A DNA stretch of 64,000 nt from Candidatus Dojkabacteria bacterium (GTDB taxonomy: Bacteria > Patescibacteriota > Dojkabacteria > J137), in NCBI GenBank assembly GCA_030834985.1, contig JAUQWV010000006.1, forward strand, positions 76,168-140,167, read 5' to 3'. Positions 1 through 10,413 of the stretch are shown here, piece after piece; position 1 is the stretch's first letter; each line of letters starts with the position of its first letter. The position numbers and the translations under genes are program-made. The notes under the pieces are model-generated. The model did not search any database. It saw nothing but the letters and a program-made list of their open reading frames with translations, and was not told the origin of the DNA.

Positions 1-1608
1 AGAAGTTTTGAAAGCTTAAAGAATCCTGAAAAAACAATCCATTTAGGAAGAATTGTTCCTGAGTATAGGCTGACCAATGGAATAAGCAAGAAAACTTTTA
101 GGCGATGGATTAATAATTTGATAGAAATGCTTCCCGTTATAGAAATTAAAGATGAGTTAAAAGACTACAGAGCTTTTAAAAATGATTTAAAGCATTGTCT
201 TAAGCAAGTACATTTTCCACAAAATTATGAAATGCTAGATGATGCAATAGACACACTTTCTATTTATGAATTAACAGAAATTCATTTAAAGTTAATGAGT
301 AGAAGAGAAAAAGCTTCTACTTTAATAGCACCCAACATTTTACCAAGTTTCAATACCAACAGTGTTTTCACGGAATTTATAAAAACTTTGCCTTTTGATC
401 TAACAATCGATCAGAAAAATATTATTTTAAGTATATTCAATAGAATTAAAAAGAAGGAGTTAATAAATGAAATAATACAAGGAGATGTAGGAAGCGGAAA
501 AACTATTTTAGCAGTAGCCGCATGTATGGCAATGGCAATGTGCGGATATCAAAGTGTAGTTATTGCCCCTACAACAATTCTAGCTAAACAGCACTACAAC
601 AACCTTAAACAGATTTTAGATAAATTTAGAATCTCTACCGAATTAATATCATCAGAGAATAAAAAAGCTAAAAGTGCCCAGGTTTTGATAGGTACCTCGG
701 CAATTATTGCTCGTAAACAATCGTTAATTCAAAACCTGGGCTTAGTAATTGTAGACGAACAACATAAATTCGGTGTTGAACAAAGAGAAGATTTATTAAA
801 ACCCTTAAGAGAAAGTTTTAATAAGTACTATCCACACTTTATAAATATGACTGCAACACCAATACCTAGAAGCATTTCACAGATTATATTTGGCGACATA
901 AGCATAAGTACATTAAATACTAAACCAGCAGGCAGATTACCGATTAAGACCTTTACAGTGAATAATTCAAAAAGATTAGACAGCTATCAATGGATAGAAG
1001 GAAAACTAAAAGAGGGCGACCAAGTTTACTGGGTTTGCCCATTAATTATTGAATCTGAAAAACTACAGGTTAAATCCGCCAATGAAACATTTAAAGAAGT
1101 GTCCGAATACTTTAAAGGCTATAGAGTAGGATTACTGCACGGTAAACTAAAAGAAAAGGAAAAACTTGCTGTTATGACCGATTTTATAAATAAAAAGATA
1201 GATATTTTAATTGCCACATCCGTTATTGAAGTTGGAGTAGATGTGCCAAATTCAAACATAATGATAATAGAAAATGCAGAGCGCTTTGGCTTAGCCCAGC
1301 TTCATCAAATAAGAGGTAGAGTAGGCAGAGGTAATAAGCAAAGCTGGTGTTTCCTTTTTTATGACAATAATATTTCAGAAAGTAGCCTTAATAGGTTAGA
1401 ATTCTTAGCTAAAAATGCAAATGGGATGGAGATTGCAGAATATGATCTAGTAAATCGAGGTCCTGGAGAGATTTATGGAACAGCACAGAGTGGTCTTCCT
1501 GACCTTAAAATTGCTAAGATATCAAATTTAGAGCTTATTAAACAAAGTAAGGAATTAGCTATCAAACTTAGAAGTAAAGGAATAAATCAAATCCAATTAT
1601 TTGCTTAG
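1..1608 (+). CDS. recG: ATP-dependent DNA helicase RecG (5' end lies outside the window)
   Basis: The frame is open from base 1 (RSFESLKNPEKTIHLGRIVPEYRLTNGIS). Motifs QGDVGSGKT, DEQH, MTATPIPR, QLHQIRGRVGRG and RGPGE are present. Confidence 0.96.
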   Translation, partial: RSFESLKNPEKTIHLGRIVPEYRLTNGISKKTFRRWINNLIEMLPVIEIKDELKDYRAFKNDLKHCLKQVHFPQNYEMLDDAIDTLSIYELTEIHLKLMSRREKASTLIAPNILPSFNTNSVFTEFIKTLPFDLTIDQKNIILSIFNRIKKKELINEIIQGDVGSGKTILAVAACMAMAMCGYQSVVIAPTTILAKQHYNNLKQILDKFRISTELISSENKKAKSAQVLIGTSAIIARKQSLIQNLGLVIVDEQHKFGVEQREDLLKPLRESFNKYYPHFINMTATPIPRSISQIIFGDISISTLNTKPAGRLPIKTFTVNNSKRLDSYQWIEGKLKEGDQVYWVCPLIIESEKLQVKSANETFKEVSEYFKGYRVGLLHGKLKEKEKLAVMTDFINKKIDILIATSVIEVGVDVPNSNIMIIENAERFGLAQLHQIRGRVGRGNKQSWCFLFYDNNISESSLNRLEFLAKNANGMEIAEYDLVNRGPGEIYGTAQSGLPDLKIAKISNLELIKQSKELAIKLRSKGINQIQLFA

Positions 1609-1610
1609 AT

Positions 1611-2075
1611 ATGCTTAATAATAAACAAATCATAGTAATACTAGATAACATAAGATCAGTACATAATGTTGGTGCAATCTTTAGAACTTGTGATGGAGCT
1701 GGTGTTCACAGTATACATCTATGCGGCATTACTCCAACACCTGAGCATAAAAAAGTTCATAAGACTGCATTAAATGCAGAGGAGTACGTTAAATGGGAAT
1801 ACTTCAAAAGTACTCAAGAAGCAGTTAATAAGGCTAAAGAACAAGGATATGCGGTTTTTTCAGTTGAACAAAATGCTAATTCCAGCAAGCTGAACGAATA
1901 CGATTTCCCCGAAAAAACCGCTCTAATATTCGGTAATGAAATCACAGGTATAGGGCCTGCCATAATGGAATCTAGTGACAAAGTCATTGAACTGCCTATG
2001 GCAGGCAAGAAAAACTCCTTGAATGTAGCTACTTGTGTTGGAATAGTTGTATATTATATTAAAATGAAGCTATGA
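1611..2075 (+). CDS. SpoU/TrmH-family RNA methyltransferase
   Basis: SPOUT motifs LDNIRSVHNVGAIFRT, IFGNE and SLNVA. Confidence 0.9.
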   Translation: MLNNKQIIVILDNIRSVHNVGAIFRTCDGAGVHSIHLCGITPTPEHKKVHKTALNAEEYVKWEYFKSTQEAVNKAKEQGYAVFSVEQNANSSKLNEYDFPEKTALIFGNEITGIGPAIMESSDKVIELPMAGKKNSLNVATCVGIVVYYIKMKL

Positions 2076-2620
2076 AAACTATTCAACCAAGAATAATTAC
2101 AGGAAAATATAAAGGGGTTAGACTTTCTGTACCTAATAATGCTAGACCAGTTACAGATAGAGTTAAAACAGTTTTGTTTGATACAATCGGTGAGTTAATA
2201 GAAGGTTCTACTGTATTAGATTTATTTGCAGGTTCCGGCAATCTGGGTATCGAGGCTTTAAGTCGTAGCGCAGAAACCGTAATTTTTGTAGATGACAACC
2301 TTGAAGCTATCGAAACTATCAAATCTAACTTAAAAAAACTTGATATATCTAAAAACAGCCATAAAATCTTAAAATTAGACTATATCTCTTTTGCAAAGAA
2401 GTTTAAGGGCGGATTCGACCTTATATTTGTTGACCCTCCGTTTAACATACAGTCACGTGTTAAACTTGATATCATCTTAAGTTTAATAAATAGAGAAGGC
2501 GTTATAGTTTATAAAATAGAAGAAAAACAAAAAAATAAGATTAAAATTCCTGACAATTTAATAGTAGTTTTAGAAAAGAAAATAGGCATAAACACGTTAT
2601 TTTTTCTTAAAAGTAAATAG
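2072..2620 (+). CDS. rsmD: 16S rRNA m2G966 methyltransferase RsmD
   Basis: RIITGKYKG, RP.TDRVK, VLDLFAGSG and DPPF motifs. ATGA overlap with the upstream gene. Confidence 0.92.
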   Translation: MKTIQPRIITGKYKGVRLSVPNNARPVTDRVKTVLFDTIGELIEGSTVLDLFAGSGNLGIEALSRSAETVIFVDDNLEAIETIKSNLKKLDISKNSHKILKLDYISFAKKFKGGFDLIFVDPPFNIQSRVKLDIILSLINREGVIVYKIEEKQKNKIKIPDNLIVVLEKKIGINTLFFLKSK

Positions 2621-2670
2621 CGCAATGCCTTATAGTATGCTAAAATAACCAATTAGTTAATAAAGAATAT

Positions 2671-2892
2671 ATGGCAGCAACACCAAAACATAGAAGATCG
2701 AGCAGCAAAAGAAGATCTACAATGGCATCCAACAGATATGATGTAGAACTTAATAAACATAGAGTTATTAAGAAAAAAGGTGGAAAAAGACTACAGTTAT
2801 CTAAGGAATCTGGCAAATTAGTGCCTCCACATATGGTTACTCCAGATAGTCCAACATACAAAGATATTAAAGTAATTAAAAAACAAAAGTAA
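2671..2892 (+). CDS. rpmF: 50S ribosomal protein bL32 (no Cys)
   Basis: MAATPKHRRSSSKRR N-terminus, PPH motif, basic; located before nusB-rnc. Confidence 0.85.
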   Translation: MAATPKHRRSSSKRRSTMASNRYDVELNKHRVIKKKGGKRLQLSKESGKLVPPHMVTPDSPTYKDIKVIKKQK

Positions 2893-2901
2893 TTAAATTG
2901 C

Positions 2902-3375
2902 ATGGAAGATAAAAGCTCGGATCCAAGACATATTGCTCGGGTTTTAGCAGTACAATATCTGTTTTCTCAGAATAGGCCAGAGAATAATGATGGATTTGTA
3001 GCTTTTGAAGTAGAGTCTTTGCTCCAAATTCTAGAAGAGGAAAAATACGATAAATCTTTATACGAAAAGCTTATCGATGGAGTAGAAAAAAATACTCAAG
3101 AACTTGATCAATTGATAATTACAAAAGCTCCTGAATGGCCAATCGACCAAATTAACCCTGTTAACCTAGCTATTTTAAGGCTTGCTTTATGGGAAGGATT
3201 TGTAAGCAAGATTACACCGCCAAAGGTTGTAATCAACGAAGCGATTGAAATGGCAAAAGAGCTGAGTTCTGAAGCAGATGGTTCTTTTATAAACGGCGTG
3301 CTGGGCAATATTTATAACGAACTTAAATCACAAAACGAAATACAAGATGAATCCACAGATAACTCAGGAAATTGA
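2902..3375 (+). CDS. nusB: Transcription antitermination factor NusB
   Basis: RHIARVLAVQYLF, AILRLA, VVINEAIEMAK and FINGVLG motifs. Confidence 0.95.
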   Translation: MEDKSSDPRHIARVLAVQYLFSQNRPENNDGFVAFEVESLLQILEEEKYDKSLYEKLIDGVEKNTQELDQLIITKAPEWPIDQINPVNLAILRLALWEGFVSKITPPKVVINEAIEMAKELSSEADGSFINGVLGNIYNELKSQNEIQDESTDNSGN

Positions 3376-4078
3376 AAACTTCATAAAAAACATACTAGGA
3401 TTTAAATCAGCTAAAGTGGAGTACTTTGTAGAAGCCTTGACCCATAGATCTTATATAAATGAAGTTAAAGAAACTACCCAAAACCATAACGAAAGAATGG
3501 AATTTTTAGGTGACGCAGTACTAGAATTAGCTGTGACAAAGTACCTATTTGATAATTACCCATCTCATAATGAAGGTGCGTTAACAAGTTTTAGAGCCGC
3601 ATTAGTTAAAACTGAAAGTCTTGCTGAAGAAGCTAAACATCTTAACCTTGGTCAATATATACTAATGAGCAAGGGAGAGGAAGCAACTGGTGGTAGAAAT
3701 AGGCCCTACATCCTTGCAAACACAATGGAAGCAATAATTGGAGCAATCTATCTAAGTAATGGATTAGAAGCTGCAGAAAGCTTTATTATTGAGAAAATCT
3801 GTTATAAAACTGAAAGCATTATTGCTGATAGACTGGATCTTGATGCTAAATCCAAATTACAGGAACTATCGCAGGAAAAAGCTAGAATTACGCCTGTTTA
3901 CAAGCTTATCAGCGCAGAAGGTCCTGATCATAACAAAACATTTGAAATGGGTGTTTACATAGGAGATAGTTTATTTGGTCAAGGAATAGGTAAAAGTAAG
4001 CAAGAAGCAGAGCAAGCAGCAGCTTTTGAAGCTCTTAATGATTGGGATAAGCTATTTGATAAATATTTTAAAAAGTAA
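3347..4078 (+). CDS. rnc: Ribonuclease III
   Basis: ALTHRSY, NERMEFLGDAVL signature and a C-terminal dsRBD (GKSKQEAEQAAA). Confidence 0.97.
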   Translation: MNPQITQEIENFIKNILGFKSAKVEYFVEALTHRSYINEVKETTQNHNERMEFLGDAVLELAVTKYLFDNYPSHNEGALTSFRAALVKTESLAEEAKHLNLGQYILMSKGEEATGGRNRPYILANTMEAIIGAIYLSNGLEAAESFIIEKICYKTESIIADRLDLDAKSKLQELSQEKARITPVYKLISAEGPDHNKTFEMGVYIGDSLFGQGIGKSKQEAEQAAAFEALNDWDKLFDKYFKK

Positions 4079-4106
4079 TGACACATAAGGCTTTTTTTGC
4101 TATCAT
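4078..4106 (+). promoter_or_regulatory. Putative sigma70 promoter of rpsP
   Basis: ATGACA-17 nt-TATCAT with an extended TG, about 35 nt upstream of the rpsP start. Confidence 0.45.
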
Positions 4107-4139
4107 TCTAAAGCCTTTAAATAGTTATAAATAAAGTAA

Positions 4140-4448
4140 ATGGTAAAAATTAGATTATCAAGAACAGGAAAAAAGAACTATGCCAACTATAAGTTGGTTG
4201 TTACCAATGCTAGAGAAAAAAGAGATTCTAATGTAATCGAATACGTTGGCTATTTTAATCCGCATACAAAAGAGCTAAAACTTGAGCAGGAAAGAATTAA
4301 ATACTGGCTAGGAGTTGGAGCTCAACCTTCAGAAAGCGTAGCAGGAATGCTTGTAAAAAATGGTTTAATGGATAAACCGGCATTCTCAAAGAAATTTGCA
4401 GGTAAACCTGGTAAAAAAGCTCAAGCTAGAACCAAAACAGAAAACTAA
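4140..4448 (+). CDS. rpsP: 30S ribosomal protein bS16
   Basis: MVKIRLSRTGKK, GYFNP and YWLGVGAQPS. Confidence 0.97.
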   Translation: MVKIRLSRTGKKNYANYKLVVTNAREKRDSNVIEYVGYFNPHTKELKLEQERIKYWLGVGAQPSESVAGMLVKNGLMDKPAFSKKFAGKPGKKAQARTKTEN

Positions 4449-5185
4449 TTTTCTACGGAGTTACTGTCCGTTACTATATCAGACCTGCTTGCAATATATT
4501 TTTCCATCAATGGATTTAATGAAGCTTCAATAGGCACACTAGTGTAAAGAGCACGTAAGCTATCGTTACTTGGAGAATTAAACTGGTATTTTACAATATT
4601 AATTTTCAGCTCCCAGCGGTTATTTGTATCTAAGCCGCCCATAGAGCTTAATTGCAATTCTTTGACTACTAAAAAATCCTCAACAGTATTTAAAGCTTGA
4701 ATAAAGCTGACTATATCATTAAAGCTACCTTGAACTGTAAATAAGAAAGGCACTTCTTGCAATATTATTGGCGAATCTAACTTGTTTGTAGAGTCTATTT
4801 CAGCATTTGCCTCGCTTAATCTTTGACTTATTATAGAAAGGTTATTAGATTGAATTAAATCACTAATTCGGTCACGAAATCTTACAACCTCAGTATTTCC
4901 TACAGGAGCAATTCCATCTATTATTGCAAGATCAGAAACTAATATGTTGTACCTTTCAGTTAGAGTATTTAACTTTGTAATTTCTGCATTATTCGCCATA
5001 ATTTCAGTGTTATTTTCTGCAATTAAATCCAGGCTAGAAAAGATCTCACTAATTTTAGGAATTGTAAGAGCAATCAGTATTACAAGAAAAAAGACAATCG
5101 CAAAAATAGGAATTACATACAACCTTATGTATTTAGTAATTTGCCTACTACTAGGCTTTTTTACAATTGGATCCTTATCTTTCAT
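4445..5185 (-). CDS. Type IV pilus assembly protein, PilO-like
   Basis: Single N-terminal TM helix, coiled coil and the VQGSFNDIVSFIQAL pattern; last gene of the pilM-N-O block. Confidence 0.7.
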   Translation of the reverse strand: MKDKDPIVKKPSSRQITKYIRLYVIPIFAIVFFLVILIALTIPKISEIFSSLDLIAENNTEIMANNAEITKLNTLTERYNILVSDLAIIDGIAPVGNTEVVRFRDRISDLIQSNNLSIISQRLSEANAEIDSTNKLDSPIILQEVPFLFTVQGSFNDIVSFIQALNTVEDFLVVKELQLSSMGGLDTNNRWELKINIVKYQFNSPSNDSLRALYTSVPIEASLNPLMEKYIASRSDIVTDSNSVEN

Positions 5186-5757
5186 ACATTACTTAAGCTA
5201 AACGATATTATTGCATCTACTTCTTCTGAGTCGACTCGCTGCTGGACGCCTCTGGCAAACACTCCCGAAAGCCGGCTGTCGGCCAGCATCGAGTCGACTA
5301 AAAGCGTTGCAGCATCAACATTCGGCAACCTAAACATCAACACAAATTCACCTGTTGCTTCCCGGGCATAAGTAACTATTTGAGCTCCTGGGTTCTTAGC
5401 TACAATTTCCTGGCTCAAATCAAGCATTTCTGTTAATTTGATATCCCTTCTTAAAACTGGTTCTAATAACTCACTTTTAGTTATAAGTTCACCATGGATA
5501 CGTCTAATATCATCATAGCCATCTAACTGAGATTCCTGAGTAGCTATCTGTTTTTCGGATAACTCAATTCTTTGATTTATTACAAAAGTCTGAATCAAGT
5601 TTAAAATAAAGAATATAAGCATTGCGAAGAATACCAACAAAAAAGAGTAAAGAATAGAGTTATCTCGTTCTTCAAGTACAATAAGCTCCTGCCTTGTTTT
5701 AGGAGGAACCAGGTTGAATTTAAAAACTCTTGTTTGGTCGTAAACACTTACATCCAT
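5182..5757 (-). CDS. Type IV pilus assembly protein, PilN-like
   Basis: FNLVPP motif before a single TM helix and coiled coil; directly downstream of pilM. Confidence 0.7.
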   Translation of the reverse strand: MDVSVYDQTRVFKFNLVPPKTRQELIVLEERDNSILYSFLLVFFAMLIFFILNLIQTFVINQRIELSEKQIATQESQLDGYDDIRRIHGELITKSELLEPVLRRDIKLTEMLDLSQEIVAKNPGAQIVTYAREATGEFVLMFRLPNVDAATLLVDSMLADSRLSGVFARGVQQRVDSEEVDAIISFSLSNV

Positions 5758-5763
5758 ACAATT

Positions 5764-6813
5764 TTATAAAAGACCTTTCAAAGATAGACCAACAGCTACA
5801 TTAAAGCTGCTTAAATGAATATTTTGTATTTTTTGAGCTAGAGTAGGATCTTGTACAAAGTTAGCCATAAGGTTTGCGTTTACCACTGCAACACCAAGCT
5901 TACTCTGTAAATACTCGTTGTATTTAAGCAAATCAGATCCACCGCCTGTTATAAATACCTGAGCAACACCTGTTCCTCCAATTTTTTCTTTGTAGTAGGC
6001 CATTGTCCTTTGAATTTCAGCTGTTACTATTTGCAGTATTGGCTCAATTGACTTTGCAATTCTACCTTCAGCTTGAGCCGGATCAGCTCCATAAGTAATC
6101 TTATATTTTTCTGCCTGCACCATGTCAACACCTAGGTCAGAGGAAATAACTTTAGTTATCGCATTAGAACCGGTACCTATTGTTTGTGAGAACATTACAA
6201 TACCATTTCTACTCAAAATCACATTTGTACTTTCAGCACCCATATCAACGATCATAATATCCTTATCGGCAACCTGAGGGTAATTGTAAACAATCATTCT
6301 TGTAATTGCTAACGATTCTGTTTCAACTGCAAGGAGTTCAACTCCTGCTGTTTCCATTACTTGCTGATATCTTCCAATTAATTCCTTAGGAGCAGCTACT
6401 ACATACCAATTACTAAAAGTATTACCATCAACTGTTTTCTGATCAATCTCTAAAAAAGATATATTTACATCTTCTAAAGCCATTGGAACTAAAGGCTTTA
6501 AAGCCCATTGAATAGCTTCACCTACTTCTTTATCAGATACCTTTGGTAGGGTAATTAATCTTGAAAAAACTGCACTTTCAGGAACTGACATTACACAATT
6601 TTTCGACTTAATATTAGAGTTTTTCATCGCTTTAGTTACTTCACCTGCCAAAGTTTGAATACCTGTAGGAGAGTCATTATTCAATAATCCAACTGAAGTT
6701 GGAGTAGAGCCGATAGATTGTAGTTTTGCTTTATTATTAGCTCTTTCTATCTCAACTAGCTTGATTGAGAAATGTCCAAGATTAAGTCCAAAAAAAACTG
6801 GTATAGCAGCCAT
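5764..6813 (-). CDS. pilM: Type IV pilus assembly protein PilM
   Basis: Actin-like fold: GLNLGHFSIKLVE, VDMGAESTNV, FITGGGS and VAVGLSLK. Confidence 0.93.
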   Translation of the reverse strand: MAAIPVFFGLNLGHFSIKLVEIERANNKAKLQSIGSTPTSVGLLNNDSPTGIQTLAGEVTKAMKNSNIKSKNCVMSVPESAVFSRLITLPKVSDKEVGEAIQWALKPLVPMALEDVNISFLEIDQKTVDGNTFSNWYVVAAPKELIGRYQQVMETAGVELLAVETESLAITRMIVYNYPQVADKDIMIVDMGAESTNVILSRNGIVMFSQTIGTGSNAITKVISSDLGVDMVQAEKYKITYGADPAQAEGRIAKSIEPILQIVTAEIQRTMAYYKEKIGGTGVAQVFITGGGSDLLKYNEYLQSKLGVAVVNANLMANFVQDPTLAQKIQNIHLSSFNVAVGLSLKGLL

Positions 6814-6897
6814 ATCTTAATAAAAAAATTTTAATTCACTATCTATTGTAAACGCCTTTTAAGACAAGTTAAAGCCTTTTAGGAAAGATTTATTCGT

Positions 6898-7839
6898 TTA
6901 TTGGTTTTGAATTGTTCCATCAGTAATTATTGCGTAGTCAAGAATACTGTCAGGTTGAGGAGCTAGTGGTATTTTTGTTTCAATACTTGCAACTGGAGTA
7001 GAGGCACCACCAGCTTCATTGTAACTACTAGATGTAAATTCCCTTATTTGATCTTTAAGAGTATTGTTACCCTGTGCATTTAGTAAAATACTATCAAATC
7101 TATCATTCATTCTTGGAATAATCTGTAATGATATAGGTGTACCGCCAGAACCTACAACAGACACTGGCGATGCAGTGCCAGCACTTTGAGTAGTAATAAT
7201 TTCAGAGATATTTATTACAACTGAAGTTGCATAAGATCTTCCTGGAATTGCCCTAAAGTTAAATGTGTGAATAGGGGGACTAACAGAAAGGCTAAAAGAA
7301 TTATAAATAACAGCATCAGGATCATAGACATCTCTTACCGATTGAACACCATTTGCATCGCTATAAGTTAAAATAAACTCTATTGCTGCATATTTGTCCC
7401 ACCAAAATTCTATTATGTCTAAGTATCCGTCTAATCCCATATCGAAAGTCCTATCCTTATAAATTGGGAAATCTGTAACTTTGTTAGTATCCTTGGCAAC
7501 AATTGTGGTTCTTAAAGGAACATCGCTAAATTCACTGCTTATAACTCCACATGTATATATCTTTTGGACTAAGTCAGTTTCATTACAACTTATATCTGAA
7601 GGAGAGTTAAATGTATTTATAATTTCTGACAATGTTGTGTTTGGCTTTCCATATACATCTAGAACTTTTTTTAGCTGAGTTTCGGATGTATTGTATGCTT
7701 CTTCGTATTGTTCTGTTGAAACAACTTGCTGAATATCTCTATTAACAAGACCAACTAGGCTTACTACTATAATAGCTATTATAGTTAAAACTAAAAGTGT
7801 AATAATTAAAATTTGTCCGCTTTTTGTTTTTAAATCCAT
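6898..7839 (-). CDS. Minor pilin, PilX/GspK-like
   Basis: KSG|QILIITLLVL class III-like signal without Glu5; lies in the pilin cluster. Confidence 0.7.
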   Translation of the reverse strand: MDLKTKSGQILIITLLVLTIIAIIVVSLVGLVNRDIQQVVSTEQYEEAYNTSETQLKKVLDVYGKPNTTLSEIINTFNSPSDISCNETDLVQKIYTCGVISSEFSDVPLRTTIVAKDTNKVTDFPIYKDRTFDMGLDGYLDIIEFWWDKYAAIEFILTYSDANGVQSVRDVYDPDAVIYNSFSLSVSPPIHTFNFRAIPGRSYATSVVINISEIITTQSAGTASPVSVVGSGGTPISLQIIPRMNDRFDSILLNAQGNNTLKDQIREFTSSSYNEAGGASTPVASIETKIPLAPQPDSILDYAIITDGTIQNQ

Positions 7840-7842
7840 ATT

Positions 7843-8418
7843 TTAAAAATTCCTTGTTGAAATCGATGTTTGTCTAACTACATTATTAATATTATAGTTC
7901 GATTTTACATGACTTGCATTAATTAAGAAAATTATATTTGTTTTTGCTTCACTAGACCCATCTGTATATCCTAAATTAAACTCAAAAAGTTTTATTATTA
8001 ACGTTTGGGAACTAATGAACATAATAGAATTTTCGCCATCTGCTCCTAATCTTAATTTACAAATTCTAGTCCTTTCTTCATCATTACCTTCAGCACTGCC
8101 GTTTGAATCACACTTTTCCCAAACATACGTTACACCATTTTGAATAACCTGACACCTTTGTTGATTTTCTGCAGAATCACCACATCCAATAATATAGTCT
8201 GCATTTCGAATGTCTCTTGCAATAAGACCGGAAACATTTGATAACTCTTCTCGAACAAAACTTCGAGCCAAAGATAGCGTACTAATCTGTAAGCTTAATA
8301 TTAAAAAGCTAAACATTACAGTTATAGCAAAGCCCATAATGGCTAAACTTATTATAACTTCAATTAACGAGTAACCCTTTTTTAAATTTTTATTGCGTTT
8401 GTAATTGGAAACCACCAT
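7843..8418 (-). CDS. Minor pilin (prepilin-type N-terminal cleavage motif), PilW-like
   Basis: KKG|YSLIEVIISLAI signal and IARDIRNA. Confidence 0.85.
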   Translation of the reverse strand: MVVSNYKRNKNLKKGYSLIEVIISLAIMGFAITVMFSFLILSLQISTLSLARSFVREELSNVSGLIARDIRNADYIIGCGDSAENQQRCQVIQNGVTYVWEKCDSNGSAEGNDEERTRICKLRLGADGENSIMFISSQTLIIKLFEFNLGYTDGSSEAKTNIIFLINASHVKSNYNINNVVRQTSISTRNF

Positions 8419-9010
8419 ATCGATATGTTGTTAAGGTTGTTAATTTTGATTCTCCTCCAATAGAGTAGATTATTGTAGTATCAACTTTATATGCTTCACT
8501 TGTAACCCGCACACTCCTAATAGGAGTTATAGCTACCTGCTGACAATAAGAAAATTCAGATTCATCAATAATATAGAAAGGATTGCCGGAGCCAGTAGAG
8601 CATACTTCTGTAAAATCAAACTCACTTCCTGGCTCCGGCCAGTTATCAAAAGTACCGGTCGGCTGATATCTTAATACATAAACATTAGTCCCTGCTTGAC
8701 TAGAACCTACATTCTCTAACGAAAAATAATAAGGACCGGAACCAGAAAAGCAGGAACCTGTTCCAGACCTACATTCAGAAGTTTGTGGTAGAGTTTCATC
8801 ATTTAAAATTACAACTCTGGTTGGTGCTTTTAGAGCTTCTAATGCTTTAAGCAAAACCTCGTTAGCCTTATCTTCAATCTCATTATTTCTGATTTCAATA
8901 CGTGTTCTAGCAACTAAGCTAATTGACGCAATAATTGTAAAAGAAACTATAGCTAATACAATTATAATTTCAATTAAGCTTGCTGCCTTTTTAGATTTAG
9001 GCTTAATCAT
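8390..9010 (-). CDS. Minor pilin, PilV-like, with an atypical cleavage site
   Basis: KKA|ASLIEIIIVLAI: Glu5 and the hydrophobic helix are conserved. Confidence 0.75.
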   Translation of the reverse strand: MIKPKSKKAASLIEIIIVLAIVSFTIIASISLVARTRIEIRNNEIEDKANEVLLKALEALKAPTRVVILNDETLPQTSECRSGTGSCFSGSGPYYFSLENVGSSQAGTNVYVLRYQPTGTFDNWPEPGSEFDFTEVCSTGSGNPFYIIDESEFSYCQQVAITPIRSVRVTSEAYKVDTTIIYSIGGESKLTTLTTYRYGGFQLQTQ

Positions 9011-9579
9011 GGTAGATTTAAACTATTTATATCTAAATTTAATTCTATATTTTTTTCAGCATTAACCATAGTATGAAACAATTTTATGGTACAGATACCT
9101 TCACCTTTAAATGTAGTATCAAAAGCATTTACGTCATTTAAATTATCCGGTACTGCTTCAAAAGAAACAAATTTACCTGTAAGCCTTGTAAAACCAATAC
9201 CTTTACAAAATGGAGTAGCAGCGGTATTAGAGCTTGGATTTATAGTTATATCCTGAGGTAAGATTCTTGCAATAAAAGTACTATCCTTAGTACACCTTAC
9301 ATTATTATTAACAGTTGAAGTTTTTCTGCAGTTATATGCAAAATATTGATTACCAGAAATAAATATTGAGTAGTGATCTGGAGTAACACCTTCAGTCCCA
9401 GCAGAGAGTGAATTTTTAGCTTTATTTTGTTCTGTTTTGATTACACTAACTAGTTCAGAATATGCATTTTGCATCTCGGAAGTTGCTCTAAAATTCATTA
9501 GACCGCTCCAGCCAAGACCCATTAAAATAGCAACTATCGCCATTACCATTATTATTTCAAACAAGGAAAACGCTTTCAT
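9007..9579 (-). CDS. Minor pilin, FimT/FimU-like
   Basis: MKA|FSLFEIIMVMAIVAIL and Cys pairs in the head domain. Confidence 0.82.
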   Translation of the reverse strand: MKAFSLFEIIMVMAIVAILMGLGWSGLMNFRATSEMQNAYSELVSVIKTEQNKAKNSLSAGTEGVTPDHYSIFISGNQYFAYNCRKTSTVNNNVRCTKDSTFIARILPQDITINPSSNTAATPFCKGIGFTRLTGKFVSFEAVPDNLNDVNAFDTTFKGEGICTIKLFHTMVNAEKNIELNLDINSLNLP

Positions 9580-9583
9580 ACTT

Positions 9584-10378
9584 TCAGTATAACTGAAAAA
9601 GTTTTACAAAGTAATCCTGCAGAACTAAAGTCAAAATATATCCTGTAGCTAAAAAAGGTACAAACGGAATTAATACATTTTTATAGCGTCTGATTATTAT
9701 TACATAAACAATAGAAATAGCAGAAGCGGCCATTAAAGTATAAAAAAATGAGTAGAAAACTGCAGGTACTCCTAACATCAGGCCAATACTTGCAAGAATA
9801 TCAACATCGCCGTCTCCCATACCACGCTGCTTTGTAAGACGCACAATTAGCCATATAATTAATCCGCCTACAAGTCCGGCTATTAGGTTTGACAATGTAC
9901 CTAAAGGTATAAGACCAAATACATAGCTCGTCTCTGTATTTTCAAGTAAAACTCTTAAAATAAGAAAAGCTAAATTTATAATTAAACAGAATAAAATCAT
10001 TCTCTTTGTAGTAATCTCTGGAATAGAAAAAGAGATTAGATCAAAAAGAGACAAATAGAGAAGGAATAGTATAAATATTACAAGTGAAGATAAATAAACT
10101 AAACCTACTACAAAATTAATAGCTAAGATATCTAAGTACTCGTTTAGTTTTATTGCAATTAATATTCCCCACAATAATGCAATTCCTAGTCCTAAATAGA
10201 AATAAAGTGAAAAGTACTTATCTTTTTTTTGTTTAATTAACAAAATTGGAGAAATAATATAGAAAAGAAAGTCTTTTCTTGATTCAAACAAGATTACATC
10301 AGTGTAATTTTGATAAGCAAAAAAGAACAAGATTTTGTATGCAACATAGCTAAAAAACAGTGAGATTATTAAAAGCAC
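9584..10378 (-). CDS. pilD: Prepilin peptidase (A24 family), lacking the N-terminal Zn/methylase domain
   Basis: Multi-TM protein with LFDL..FSIP, GMGDGD and IPFVPFL; GTG start. Confidence 0.85.
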   Translation of the reverse strand: MLLIISLFFSYVAYKILFFFAYQNYTDVILFESRKDFLFYIISPILLIKQKKDKYFSLYFYLGLGIALLWGILIAIKLNEYLDILAINFVVGLVYLSSLVIFILFLLYLSLFDLISFSIPEITTKRMILFCLIINLAFLILRVLLENTETSYVFGLIPLGTLSNLIAGLVGGLIIWLIVRLTKQRGMGDGDVDILASIGLMLGVPAVFYSFFYTLMAASAISIVYVIIIRRYKNVLIPFVPFLATGYILTLVLQDYFVKLFQLY

Positions 10379-10413
10379 TTTTTTAAGTTAAAAATTACAT
10401 ATTAATGATAATA

